The position numbers and the translations under genes are program-made. From contig JAFUGS010000020.1 in assembly GCA_017469265.1 (NCBI GenBank), forward strand, positions 87,808 to 151,807: a stretch of DNA of 64,000 nucleotides, read 5' to 3'. Source of the stretch: Clostridia bacterium. Lineage in GTDB: Bacteria > Bacillota > Clostridia > Christensenellales > Aristaeellaceae. Below the pieces are notes generated by a model. The model made no database searches and was not told the DNA's origin. It saw nothing but the letters and a program-made list of their open reading frames with translations. This document shows, piece after piece, positions 1 through 8,634 of this stretch; position 1 is the first letter of the stretch; every line of letters begins with the position of its first letter.

Positions 1-1584
1 CAGATACGATTCCAGCGTGGGCGTATCGCTGTGCTCCGCGAATTCATGCACCGCCCCGAGAAATTCATCAATGTTCTCCACCCGGGACCGGGCTTCGTCG
101 CTGGTTTCCCGGGCGTACTGCTCCCGCAGGCCGGTTTTTTCAATCAGCGTGGAAACAAAATCCTCCAGGGGCATGGTGTCCTTCATGGCGCTGAGGAGTG
201 TCATCAGCATGAAGAAATCCGTCACGCATTTCCGGGGCCTGCTGGCCAGGCCTTCCGGCAGGTCGCTCAGCGCGCTGTACAGCGGCATGTCATTTTCCTG
301 CGCGTGATGAATCAGTTCCTGCACCGTGCTGTCACCAATGGCCCGCCTTGGCACATTGATGATCCGGCGCAGGCTCATGTCATCCGCCGGATTCACGATC
401 ACCCGCAGATAGGCGATAATGTCACGGACTTCCTTGCGGTCGTAGAATTTCTGTCCGCCAAACACCTGGTACGGAATGCCGGCCCGGTGCATGATCTCTT
501 CCAGCACACGGCTCTGGGCGTTGGTGCGGTAAAGAATCGCCATATCTCCCAGGCTGTCCCCCGCCCGGGTCAGAGAGCGGATATTGTCCGCAATCCAGGC
601 TGCTTCATCTCTTTCATCCTCCGCGGTGAACACCTGGATCTTCTCTCCTTCGCCCATCTGGGTCCAGAGCTTCTTATCCTTCCGCGACGCGTTGTTGGCA
701 ATCACCTGGTTGGCCGCGTCCAGAATGGTGGAGGTAGAGCGGTAATTCTGCTCCAGCTTGATAACCTTCGCGTCCGGGTAGTCGTTTTCAAAATCGAGGA
801 TGTTCTGAATGTCCGCGCCGCGCCAGCCATAGATGCTCTGGTCATCATCCCCAACGACGCAGAGGTTCCGGCTTTTCGCAGTCAGCAGGCGCACCAGCTC
901 ATACTGGGCCTTGTTCGTATCCTGGTACTCGTCCACCAGGGCATATTGGAAGCGCTGCTGATAGCTCTCCAATACAGGGGGATGATCCGCCAGCAGCAGC
1001 AGCGTCTTCAGCAGCAGGTCATCAAAATCCAGCGCGTTCAGGGTCTTCAGCCGCTTTTCATATTCCACCATTATGTCATGGATCTGGCTGGAGCGATGAT
1101 CCCGCGGGGAATGCATGAACCATTCATCCGGGCTCAGCAGCCGGTTCTTCGCGTCGCTGATCTTCCCCTTGACCTCCCGGACGGAAAGGTATTTGTCATC
1201 GATGTTCAGCCGGCGGAGGATTTCCTTCAGCACCGCCGTCTGATCGTCATCGTCATAGATGGCAAATGTCCGCTGGTATCCCAGCTTTTCGATATCCCTG
1301 CGCAGAATGCGCGCGCAGGTGGAATGAAAGGTGCTGATCCAGGCGTCTTCCGCGGCCTCCGGCCCCACCAGCTGCGCCGTCCGGTCCTTCATTTCTCTGG
1401 CCGCCTTATTGGTAAAGGTTAGCGCCAGAATATGCCATGCCTTCACCCCATGGTCGATTAAATTGGCTACCCGATAGGTCAGGGCCCGGGTCTTTCCGCT
1501 GCCGGCTCCCGCCAGAATCAGCACCGGCCCGTCCAGTGTTTCCACAGCTAAACGTTGTTCCTTGTTCAGAGCGCTTAAATCCAT
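1..1584 (-). CDS. pcrA: ATP-dependent DNA helicase PcrA/UvrD (3' part runs off the window start)
   Basis: Hand translation from ATG at 1584: MDLSALNKEQRLAVETLDGPVLILAGAGSGKTRALTYRVANLI...ILALTFTNKAAREMKDR...ISTFHSTCARILR (SF1 motifs Q, I, Ia). The last codons in the window (LGAVHEFAEHSDTPTLESYL) are in the same frame. Not in the ORF track because there is no stop in the window. Confidence 0.96.
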   Translation of the reverse strand, partial: MDLSALNKEQRLAVETLDGPVLILAGAGSGKTRALTYRVANLIDHGVKAWHILALTFTNKAAREMKDRTAQLVGPEAAEDAWISTFHSTCARILRRDIEKLGYQRTFAIYDDDDQTAVLKEILRRLNIDDKYLSVREVKGKISDAKNRLLSPDEWFMHSPRDHRSSQIHDIMVEYEKRLKTLNALDFDDLLLKTLLLLADHPPVLESYQQRFQYALVDEYQDTNKAQYELVRLLTAKSRNLCVVGDDDQSIYGWRGADIQNILDFENDYPDAKVIKLEQNYRSTSTILDAANQVIANNASRKDKKLWTQMGEGEKIQVFTAEDERDEAAWIADNIRSLTRAGDSLGDMAILYRTNAQSRVLEEIMHRAGIPYQVFGGQKFYDRKEVRDIIAYLRVIVNPADDMSLRRIINVPRRAIGDSTVQELIHHAQENDMPLYSALSDLPEGLASRPRKCVTDFFMLMTLLSAMKDTMPLEDFVSTLIEKTGLREQYARETSDEARSRVENIDEFLGAVHEFAEHSDTPTLESYL

Positions 1585-1658
1585 TTTTTCCTCGCGTTTC
1601 TAGGTATAAAAATGCGTGATGATCCCATGGCCTGTTGCCATGGTGCGGCCTTACCTCC

Positions 1659-1958
1659 TCAGTCTTCCTCCAGGCGGATCTTGTCCAGCACCCGGTCGTA
1701 TCCGTCCGCGCCATAGCTCAGCGAGCGTTTCACCCGTGAGATGGTCGCGCTGGACGCGCCGGTCTCATCGGCGATCTTCTGGTAGGTTTCCTTCTTGCGA
1801 AGGAGAAAGGCTACCTCCAGCCGCTGGGCAATGCTCCGGATTTCCGGAATCGTGCACAGGTCCTCGAAAAAGCGGTAGGCGTCCTCCTCCGTCTCCAGGG
1901 CCAGCACCGCCTGCATGAGCATATCCGTCTGACGGTTTCGAATCTTGGGCTCGAACAT
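1659..1958 (-). CDS. yerC: TrpR-like protein, YerC/YecD family
   Basis: 99 aa containing FFEDLCTIPEIRSIAQRLEVA and the HTH TYQKIADETGASSATISRVKRSL. The yerC-pcrA gene order is typical of Bacillota. Confidence 0.92.
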   Translation of the reverse strand: MFEPKIRNRQTDMLMQAVLALETEEDAYRFFEDLCTIPEIRSIAQRLEVAFLLRKKETYQKIADETGASSATISRVKRSLSYGADGYDRVLDKIRLEED

Positions 1959-2007
1959 GTTTTACCTCTCCTTCGCAGGGCAATTTCACGCTTTACCTTG
2001 CGACAAT

Positions 2008-2036
2008 ATCATACACCAAAAATCCTCCAAAAACAA
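2008..2036 (-). promoter_or_regulatory. Putative sigma-70 promoter for yerC-pcrA
   Basis: Minus strand TTGTTT-17 nt-TATGAT, about 50 nt upstream of the yerC ATG. Confidence 0.5.
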
Positions 2037-2172
2037 CCGAAAAAACCTCTGGAGCCCGTCAGCCCCGGAGGTTGTCCGGAAGATCGGTTGCGTTTTGCCA
2101 ACCTGCGTCCTGAACGTTGAAAAATCTTTGCGCGCAACGTTCTCAGCCCATTCCATACAAAACGGCTCCGTT

Positions 2173-4263
2173 TTATACGTTGAACAGCAGCTCGTCATAG
2201 GTCGGGAACGGCCACGCCTTCCGGTCGGTGATACTTTCCATCTCGTCCGCCACCTTCCGCAGCTTCCGCATGGCCGGCATCACCTGATCCCGCATGTACC
2301 GGGCCTCCGTCAGCGGTTCCGCGTCCTTCGGGCTGCATGCCATAACCTCTGACAACTCCTCGATGCGCTGCCCCAGCTCCTCGCACCCGGCGCAAAGCCG
2401 GCTGACCAGCGATTCTGCAGCGCGCTGGGGCAGGGCGGGCGTGTACTGACGTAGCCGGTTCCCCGCCTCCGCCATCTCTCCCGTGTACCGGATCACCGCG
2501 GGCAGAATCTGCCGTCTCGCCATCATCAGCATGGTTTTGGCTTCGATACCGATCATTTTGGCGTAGCTGTCCAGCCCGATATCCCGCCGGCTCTTCAGTT
2601 CGCTTTCGCTCAGCACCCTGTGAGTAGCGAATAGCCGGATGTTCTTTTCCGCCGTATAGCACGGCAGCGCGTCCACCGTGGAATCCAGCCGCAGCAGCCC
2701 CCGTTTTTCCGCTTCCGTGATCCATTCCGGCGCGTAATTGTTGCCGTTAAAGATGATCCGCCGGTGCTCCCGGATGTTCCGGATAATCAGGTCATGCAGC
2801 GCTTCCTGGAAGTTTTCCGCCCCCTCCAGCTCATCCGCGAACTGCCGCAGGCTCTCCGCCACGATGGTGTTCAGCACCACGTTGGCCGTGGAAATGGACG
2901 CGCTGGAACCAAGGCTTCGGAATTCAAACTTGTTTCCCGTGAAGGCAAAGGGAGACGTACGGTTGCGGTCGGTGGTGTCCCGCGGGAATTTGGGCAGCAT
3001 ATGCACCCCGATGGTCATGTCCGCCTTTTCCCGCCCGCTGTAATCCCGGCCCGTGTCCAGCGCCTGCAGGATCTCCGTCAGCTCATCTCCGAGGAAAATG
3101 GAGATAATCGCCGGCGGCGCCTCGAATCCGCCCAGACGGTGGTCGTTCCCCGCGCTGGCCACGGAGGCGCGCAGCATGTCCTGATGCTCGTCCACCGCCT
3201 TGATGACGCTGACCAGAAACAGCAGGAACTGGGCGCTTTCATGGGGGCTGTCCCCGGGTTCCAGCAGGTTGTATCCGGTGTTGGTGGTCAGGCTCCAGTT
3301 GTTATGCTTGCCGCTTCCGTTCACGCCTTCGAAGGGTTTCTCGTTCAGCAGGCACATCAGCCCATGCCGTCCGGCCACCTTCTTCATGATTTCCATCGTC
3401 AGCTGGTTATGATCGCAGGCGACGTTTACGGTGGCATAGATCGGCGCCATTTCGTGCTGCGCGGGAGCCGTCTCGTTATGCTCTGTTTTGGCCAGCACCC
3501 CCAGCTTCCACAGCTCCTCATTCAGCTCCGTCATAAAGGCCTGAACCCGGGGCTTGATGGTGCCGAAGAAATGATCCCCCAGCTCCTGCCCCTTTGGCGC
3601 CGGCGCGCCGAAGAGCGTGCGGCCCGCGAAGATCAGGTCACTCCGCTGGTCGTACAGCTTTTTATCCACCAGGAAGTATTCCTGTTCCGGTCCCACGGAG
3701 GGTGTGACTCGGGTGGCGTCGTTCCGGCCGAAAAGCTTCAGCACGCGGACCGCCTGCCGGTTGATGGCCTCCATGGACCGCAGCAGCGGCGTCTTCTTGT
3801 CCAGCGCGTCTCCGCTGTAGCTGCAGTACGCCGTCGGAATGCACAGCGTATGATCCTTGATAAAAGCGTAGCTGGTTGGATCCCAGGCCGTGTATCCACG
3901 GGCCTCGAAGGTAGAGCGAAGCCCGCCGCTGGGCAGGCTGCTGGCGTCCGCTTCCCCGCGGACCAATTCCTTTCCGCTGAATTCATTGATCACCTTTCCG
4001 CCGGTGACTGGGGTGATGAAGGCGTCGTGTTTCTCCGCCGTTACACTGTTCAGCGGCTGAAACCAGTGGGTATAGTGGGTGGCTCCCCGCTCGATGGCCC
4101 AGTCCTTCATGGCGTTCGCCACCACACTGGCCACCTGCGCGTCCAGCCGCCGGCCATCGTCGATGGTCTTGTGCAGCGCCCGGTATGTCTCCTTCGGCAG
4201 CCGTTCCCGCATGACAAAGTCGTTAAAGACATTGATCCCGAAGGTCGCTTCCATGGTTTCCAT
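2173..4263 (-). CDS. glnA: Glutamine synthetase type III
   Basis: 696 aa with GSIII motifs GLRSTFEARGYTAWDPTS, GPEQEYF, HNETAPAQHE, NGSGKHNNWS, NDHRLG, DRNRTSPFAFTGNKFEFR. Confidence 0.96.
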   Translation of the reverse strand: METMEATFGINVFNDFVMRERLPKETYRALHKTIDDGRRLDAQVASVVANAMKDWAIERGATHYTHWFQPLNSVTAEKHDAFITPVTGGKVINEFSGKELVRGEADASSLPSGGLRSTFEARGYTAWDPTSYAFIKDHTLCIPTAYCSYSGDALDKKTPLLRSMEAINRQAVRVLKLFGRNDATRVTPSVGPEQEYFLVDKKLYDQRSDLIFAGRTLFGAPAPKGQELGDHFFGTIKPRVQAFMTELNEELWKLGVLAKTEHNETAPAQHEMAPIYATVNVACDHNQLTMEIMKKVAGRHGLMCLLNEKPFEGVNGSGKHNNWSLTTNTGYNLLEPGDSPHESAQFLLFLVSVIKAVDEHQDMLRASVASAGNDHRLGGFEAPPAIISIFLGDELTEILQALDTGRDYSGREKADMTIGVHMLPKFPRDTTDRNRTSPFAFTGNKFEFRSLGSSASISTANVVLNTIVAESLRQFADELEGAENFQEALHDLIIRNIREHRRIIFNGNNYAPEWITEAEKRGLLRLDSTVDALPCYTAEKNIRLFATHRVLSESELKSRRDIGLDSYAKMIGIEAKTMLMMARRQILPAVIRYTGEMAEAGNRLRQYTPALPQRAAESLVSRLCAGCEELGQRIEELSEVMACSPKDAEPLTEARYMRDQVMPAMRKLRKVADEMESITDRKAWPFPTYDELLFNV

Positions 4264-4298
4264 GGTTACTCACCCCTCTCCCCGAATTACGTTTTCAC

Positions 4299-4327
4299 AG
4301 TTTAGAGGAGGATTCTCCGCTTGTCAA
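4299..4327 (-). promoter_or_regulatory. Sigma-70 promoter for glnA
   Basis: Minus strand TTGACA-17 nt-TAAACT, about 35 nt upstream of the start. Confidence 0.7.
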
Positions 4328-4424
4328 GCGTTTGGTTACCCGGAGCACCGCCGCGCGGCTCCCGGGAACATCCTGAAGCTGCGGCTGTTCGAGGAAAGGG
4401 TGGAACCATCGCCAGTTTCTTTGA

Positions 4425-5252
4425 TCAGAGTGCGTTTTTGGGGCAGCTCTTTACGCATTCCATGCAGAGAATACAATCCGTACCGTTCTCCCTTTTTCTT
4501 GAATTGTCGGTCACATCCACATCCATCGGGCACACGCGCCTGCATTTTCCGCAATGGACGCACAGATCCGTTTTGCATTGAATCCGGATCAGGGAGAAAT
4601 AGCTCATGGGCTTCAAAAACACGGTGATGGGGCAGATATACTTGCAGAACGCCCGGTTGTCCCTGAACGCGAAAGCAAGCGCGATTCCGACGATGTAATA
4701 AACCGCGTTTCCGATGATGAATGCCCAGAACATGATGCTTTCCATCTTTCCGACTTTGGCCAGAAAAAGCGCGGCCACAAAGGCAAGCGACAACGTGAAG
4801 GTGATATATCGGATCCAGCCGATCTTCTTTCTTGGCTGTTCGGGAACCTTATACGGCAGAAAGTCCAGCACCATGGCCGTCCAGCAGGCATATCCGCACC
4901 ATCCGCGTCCGAAGATCAGCGGCCCGAAAATCTTCGCGACCGCGTAATGAATGGTGGCCGCTTCAAAGACGCCGGTGAAAAAGTAGTACCAGAACCCCTC
5001 AATCTGCATGTTTTCATTGCAGATCAGGCCAAGGTAAACCAGCATGTATAAGCCAACAAGCAGTTGCACGATACGCCTGGCATGCTTGTATTTCCGTATG
5101 AACAGGAACATCCCCAATGAAATGGATAAACCGATGTAGCTGAAATTGAACAGATAAAACAGATTGTTCTTTGTCAGCCACAGGGTCACCGCGACCGTTT
5201 CAAAGATGATCAGGATCATGATCGGCGGCCAGTACTTCCTGATTCTTTTCAT
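4425..5252 (-). CDS. Membrane-bound 4Fe-4S ferredoxin-type protein (NapH/MauN/RdxA-like)
   Basis: Several hydrophobic segments, motifs GRGWCGYAC and RAFCKYICP, and two C-terminal CxxCxxCxxxCP clusters (CVHCGKCRRVCP, CILCMECVKSCP). Confidence 0.88.
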   Translation of the reverse strand: MKRIRKYWPPIMILIIFETVAVTLWLTKNNLFYLFNFSYIGLSISLGMFLFIRKYKHARRIVQLLVGLYMLVYLGLICNENMQIEGFWYYFFTGVFEAATIHYAVAKIFGPLIFGRGWCGYACWTAMVLDFLPYKVPEQPRKKIGWIRYITFTLSLAFVAALFLAKVGKMESIMFWAFIIGNAVYYIVGIALAFAFRDNRAFCKYICPITVFLKPMSYFSLIRIQCKTDLCVHCGKCRRVCPMDVDVTDNSRKRENGTDCILCMECVKSCPKNAL

Positions 5253-5490
5253 GCTTTTATTTCATCCTTTTTCTTTCGTCTCAGCGGGCATCCTCATCCA
5301 TAGTTTTCCGGTGAAATCCCGCGAGCCGGAATGTAATTTGTCAGCGCGCTTCCATCGCCGTAAACCGTTCTGCCTTCGGCAGAACGAGCCGGATACGGTA
5401 TTTCTTTTCCCGTTCGCAGCGGGAGAACCTGCCGGTTCACGCTGAAGGGACATGAAGCCGATGTGCTCACTGTCTTTGTACGGGAAAAAG

Positions 5491-5523
5491 AATAAAGAAA
5501 GGGCAACCGCGCTGGATTGCCCT
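5491..5523 (-). terminator. Intrinsic terminator after rubrerythrin
   Basis: Minus strand AGGGCAA-loop-TTGCCCT followed by TTCTTTATT. Confidence 0.7.
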
Positions 5524-5552
5524 TGGTGTCAGCCCTTACATGCGTATGAATC

Positions 5553-6095
5553 TTACTTCCCGAAATACCGCTTCAGCAGGCCCTCAAAGCCCTTGCCATG
5601 ACGGGCTTCGTCGCGGCCAATTTCGTGGACAATGTCATGGATGGCGTCCAGGTTCAGCGCCTTGGCCTTCTTGGCCAGATCCGCGCGGCCCTGGGTGGCG
5701 CCATACTCGGCATCCGCCCGCAACTCCAGGTTCTTCTTGGTGCTGTCGGTAACCACTTCACCCAGCAGCTCCGCGAAATGCGCGGCATGCCAGGCTTCTT
5801 CCATGGCGGCCTTTTCAAAGAAGGCGCCGACTTCCGGATAACCCTCGCGGATGGCCACGCGGCTCATGGCCAGATACATACCGACCTCAGAGCACTCGCC
5901 ATTGAACATTTCCCGCAGGCCGTTCTTAATCTCTTCCGGCGCATCGCTGGCCACGCCGACCACGTGCTCGGCGGCCCAGACCTTGTCGGACTCCTGCTTC
6001 AGAAACTTGCTGGCCGGCGCCTTGCAGACCGGGCACTTTTCCGGCGGCTCATTTCCTTCGTAAACATAACCACAGACACTGCATACCCACTTCAT
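5553..6095 (-). CDS. rbr: Reverse rubrerythrin (N-terminal rubredoxin domain plus ferritin-like diiron domain)
   Basis: Starts MKWVCSVCGYVY...CPVCKA, followed by diiron motifs GECSE, EEAWH, DEARH. SD GGAGG precedes the ATG at 6095. Confidence 0.92.
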   Translation of the reverse strand: MKWVCSVCGYVYEGNEPPEKCPVCKAPASKFLKQESDKVWAAEHVVGVASDAPEEIKNGLREMFNGECSEVGMYLAMSRVAIREGYPEVGAFFEKAAMEEAWHAAHFAELLGEVVTDSTKKNLELRADAEYGATQGRADLAKKAKALNLDAIHDIVHEIGRDEARHGKGFEGLLKRYFGK

Positions 6096-6175
6096 ATCGC
6101 ATACACCTCCAGAATTTGTCGTAAAGGTTTTCCTCACAGCCCGGATTATACCAGAGCGCGGAAGGAAAAGCAACC

Positions 6176-7282
6176 TCAATCGCTGAAATTATTGTCGAAA
6201 TTGATGTCGGCCTTATATCCGGGCAGATACTCCGCGATATGCCCCAGCAGATCCTCACAAAGCGCTTTCCGGTCCACCTGAAAGTCGGTCATGACATCGA
6301 TGGTCATGGTTTTCGCTTCATCATCGATGTAGATGGCGTGGGTTCCCAGGACGCCCTGATGTTCCATGGCCGTCTCGTGGATGGATTTGCGCAGGTCATT
6401 GTGGTTGCTGTCGATGGCATAGATGCCCACGGTCAGAATCACGTGGTACTGCTGCATCACGGCCTCGGATATTCTGCGCGTCAGCCTGTGAATCTGATCC
6501 GCGGACAGATCCGCCGGCACCTCAATATGTACGGATCCAATGGCGTATTCCGGGCCATAATCATGCAGGATCAGGTCATACGCTCCAAGTACGTTCTCGA
6601 ATCCGCAGACCGTTTCCCGGATCGCCTTGGACACCTCGCTGTCCGGCCGGTTTCCGATGACAGTGGAAATGGATTCGGACAGCATCTCCCAGCCGGATTT
6701 CACGATGAACAGGGAGAGCACAGCGCCAATCCATCCGTCCACCGTCACGTGGAAAAACCAGGTAATGGCGATGCCCACCAGCGTGGACGCGGACAGGATT
6801 GCGTCAAAGCTGGCATCAGAGCCGGAAGCGATCAATGCCTCGGACTGGTATTTCTGGCCCTGTGCCTTGACGTACCGGCCCAGGATCAGCTTCACGACCA
6901 CGGCCACCGCCACAATGATGACGCTGGCCGCCGAGTACTCCGGCATCTCCGGCGTGAGAATTTTCTTGACCGATTCCACCAGCGCGGTCACGCCGGCAAA
7001 GAGTACAATACCGGCCACGATGATGGCGCTGAAATACTCAATCCGGCCATGCCCGAATGGATGTTTCTCGTCCGGCTTTTTCTTGGCCAGACGGATGCCC
7101 ACAATGGTCACCACGGAGGAGACCGCGTCCGTCAGGTTGTTCACCGCGTCCAGCATGATGGCGATAGATCCTGAAATAAAGCCAACCAGCGCCTTGAACG
7201 CGCTCAAAAGGACATTTGTGATCACGCCGATAACGCTGGTCCGCGTTATGGCCTGCTCTCTGCTCACGGAATCCGTCATCAT
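6176..7282 (-). CDS. Cation diffusion facilitator (CDF) family transporter
   Basis: DAVNNLTD, HPFGHGRIEY, C-terminal ZT_dimer-like domain (YDLILHDYGP...SVHIEV). Start chosen from SD GGAGG. Confidence 0.92.
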   Translation of the reverse strand: MMTDSVSREQAITRTSVIGVITNVLLSAFKALVGFISGSIAIMLDAVNNLTDAVSSVVTIVGIRLAKKKPDEKHPFGHGRIEYFSAIIVAGIVLFAGVTALVESVKKILTPEMPEYSAASVIIVAVAVVVKLILGRYVKAQGQKYQSEALIASGSDASFDAILSASTLVGIAITWFFHVTVDGWIGAVLSLFIVKSGWEMLSESISTVIGNRPDSEVSKAIRETVCGFENVLGAYDLILHDYGPEYAIGSVHIEVPADLSADQIHRLTRRISEAVMQQYHVILTVGIYAIDSNHNDLRKSIHETAMEHQGVLGTHAIYIDDEAKTMTIDVMTDFQVDRKALCEDLLGHIAEYLPGYKADINFDNNFSD

Positions 7283-7354
7283 CCCGTCCTCCCTTTTCTG
7301 GATGCTTTTCTTCCCTGTTTTCAAAAAACACCATTCATGAATGCCGTGGGAAAA

Positions 7355-7951
7355 TTACGACTGCTTCCCGTCCGGATCCCCCTGCTGATGGATCTTCCTT
7401 TTCCAGCACTGGTGACACATGGCCAGGTAGCTGTCGTTTCCGCCCAGCATCACCTGTCCGCCGCTGGTCACGATCCGCCCCGCATGATCGATTCGGGCAT
7501 TCACCGTCGCTTTCCGGCCGCACTCACAGATGGTTTTGATTTCGGTAATGGAATCAGCCAGCTCCATCAGGCGCTGGGAGCCGGGAAAAAAATGGGTCAG
7601 AAAATCGGTCCGCAGTCCGAAACACAGCACGGGCAGATCCTCCTCATCCACGAGGAAACGCAGTTCATCAATCTGGGCGGGCGTAAAGAACTGTGCCTCA
7701 TCCGCGATGATGACATCCCGCGGACCGCGAAGGTGGTAGGCTTCCAGGATGCTGTTCTCCGGAGTGATAACCTCGGCCTGGCTCCGGAGCCCAATCCGGC
7801 TTTGAATGACATCCGCACCGTCACGGGTATCCACGCTGGGCTTGATCAGCCAGACGGACATGCCCCGTTCCTCATAATTGAATTTGGTAATCAGCGCCTG
7901 GGCGGATTTGGAAGATCCCATTACGCCGTATTTAAAGTAAAGCTTTGCCAT
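7355..7951 (-). CDS. tdk: Thymidine kinase
   Basis: MAKLYFKYGVMGSSKS, DEAQF, FGLRTDF, zinc motifs CECG and CHQC. Confidence 0.95.
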   Translation of the reverse strand: MAKLYFKYGVMGSSKSAQALITKFNYEERGMSVWLIKPSVDTRDGADVIQSRIGLRSQAEVITPENSILEAYHLRGPRDVIIADEAQFFTPAQIDELRFLVDEEDLPVLCFGLRTDFLTHFFPGSQRLMELADSITEIKTICECGRKATVNARIDHAGRIVTSGGQVMLGGNDSYLAMCHQCWKRKIHQQGDPDGKQS

Positions 7952-7970
7952 GGTCTGCTTTCTCCTGTCA

Positions 7971-8591
7971 TCAGCTGTTTTCCAGGTGGGCCCGCACCCG
8001 CTGCACCACCATTTCCAGCGCCACCTGGTTTTCTCCGCCCTCGGGGATAATGACATCCGCCTGGCGTTTGCTGGGCTCCACAAACTGTTCATGCATGGGC
8101 TTCACCGTGGTCAGATACTGATTGATGACGCTGTCCAGGCTGCGGCCGCGATCCTGCACGTCCCGCTGAATCCGGCGCAGAATGCGGACATCCGCGTCCG
8201 TATCCACGAAGATTTTAATGTCCATTTCCCGGCAGAGCCGCGGATCCGCGTAAATCAGGATACCTTCCACGATGATGACACGGGTCGGTTCGATGCGCAC
8301 CGTCTGGTCAATCCGGTCATGGATGGAATAATCATAGATCGGGCAGTCAATGGATTCTCCGGCTTTCAGCCGTTTCAGATCCTCGATCATCCGATCCGTA
8401 TCGAAAGCGTCCGGGTGATCGTAGTTCAGCAGGCACCGCTCCTCAAAGGGCATGTGGTGATGCTCCTTGTAGTAGTTATCGTGGTGCACGACAGAAACAT
8501 TTCCGCCAAAGCGCTCCACCAGGCGGTTCGTGATGGTGGTTTTCCCGCTGCCTGTTCCTCCGGCAATCCCGATGACCATGATTTCATTCAT
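7971..8591 (-). CDS. udk: Uridine kinase
   Basis: GIAGGTGSGKTT, NYDHPDAFD, IIVEGIL, RRIQRDVQDRGR. Confidence 0.96.
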   Translation of the reverse strand: MNEIMVIGIAGGTGSGKTTITNRLVERFGGNVSVVHHDNYYKEHHHMPFEERCLLNYDHPDAFDTDRMIEDLKRLKAGESIDCPIYDYSIHDRIDQTVRIEPTRVIIVEGILIYADPRLCREMDIKIFVDTDADVRILRRIQRDVQDRGRSLDSVINQYLTTVKPMHEQFVEPSKRQADVIIPEGGENQVALEMVVQRVRAHLENS

Positions 8592-8634
8592 TCGCGTGTA
8601 CCTCCCCGCAGGGTGCGGTTTTTCTTCTTACAGA

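Noticed and set aside
3100-3600. GSIII deviations (LNEKPF for LHEKPF, GGFEAPP for GANEAPP, ELGDHFFG for ELEDHYFG)
   Set aside because: The metal ligands and catalytic motifs (EQE, HNE...HE, GKHNN, HRLG, EAPP, RNR, EFR) are intact, so these look like ordinary divergence.
5262-5445. Fragments resembling a hammerhead core (CTGAGACGAAA), a fluoride riboswitch start (GGCGATGG) and group II intron domain V (GAGCCGGATACGG)
   Set aside because: In each case the rest of the consensus is missing: no stem II, no GTTCGCC pairing partner, and wrong D5 length with no D6.
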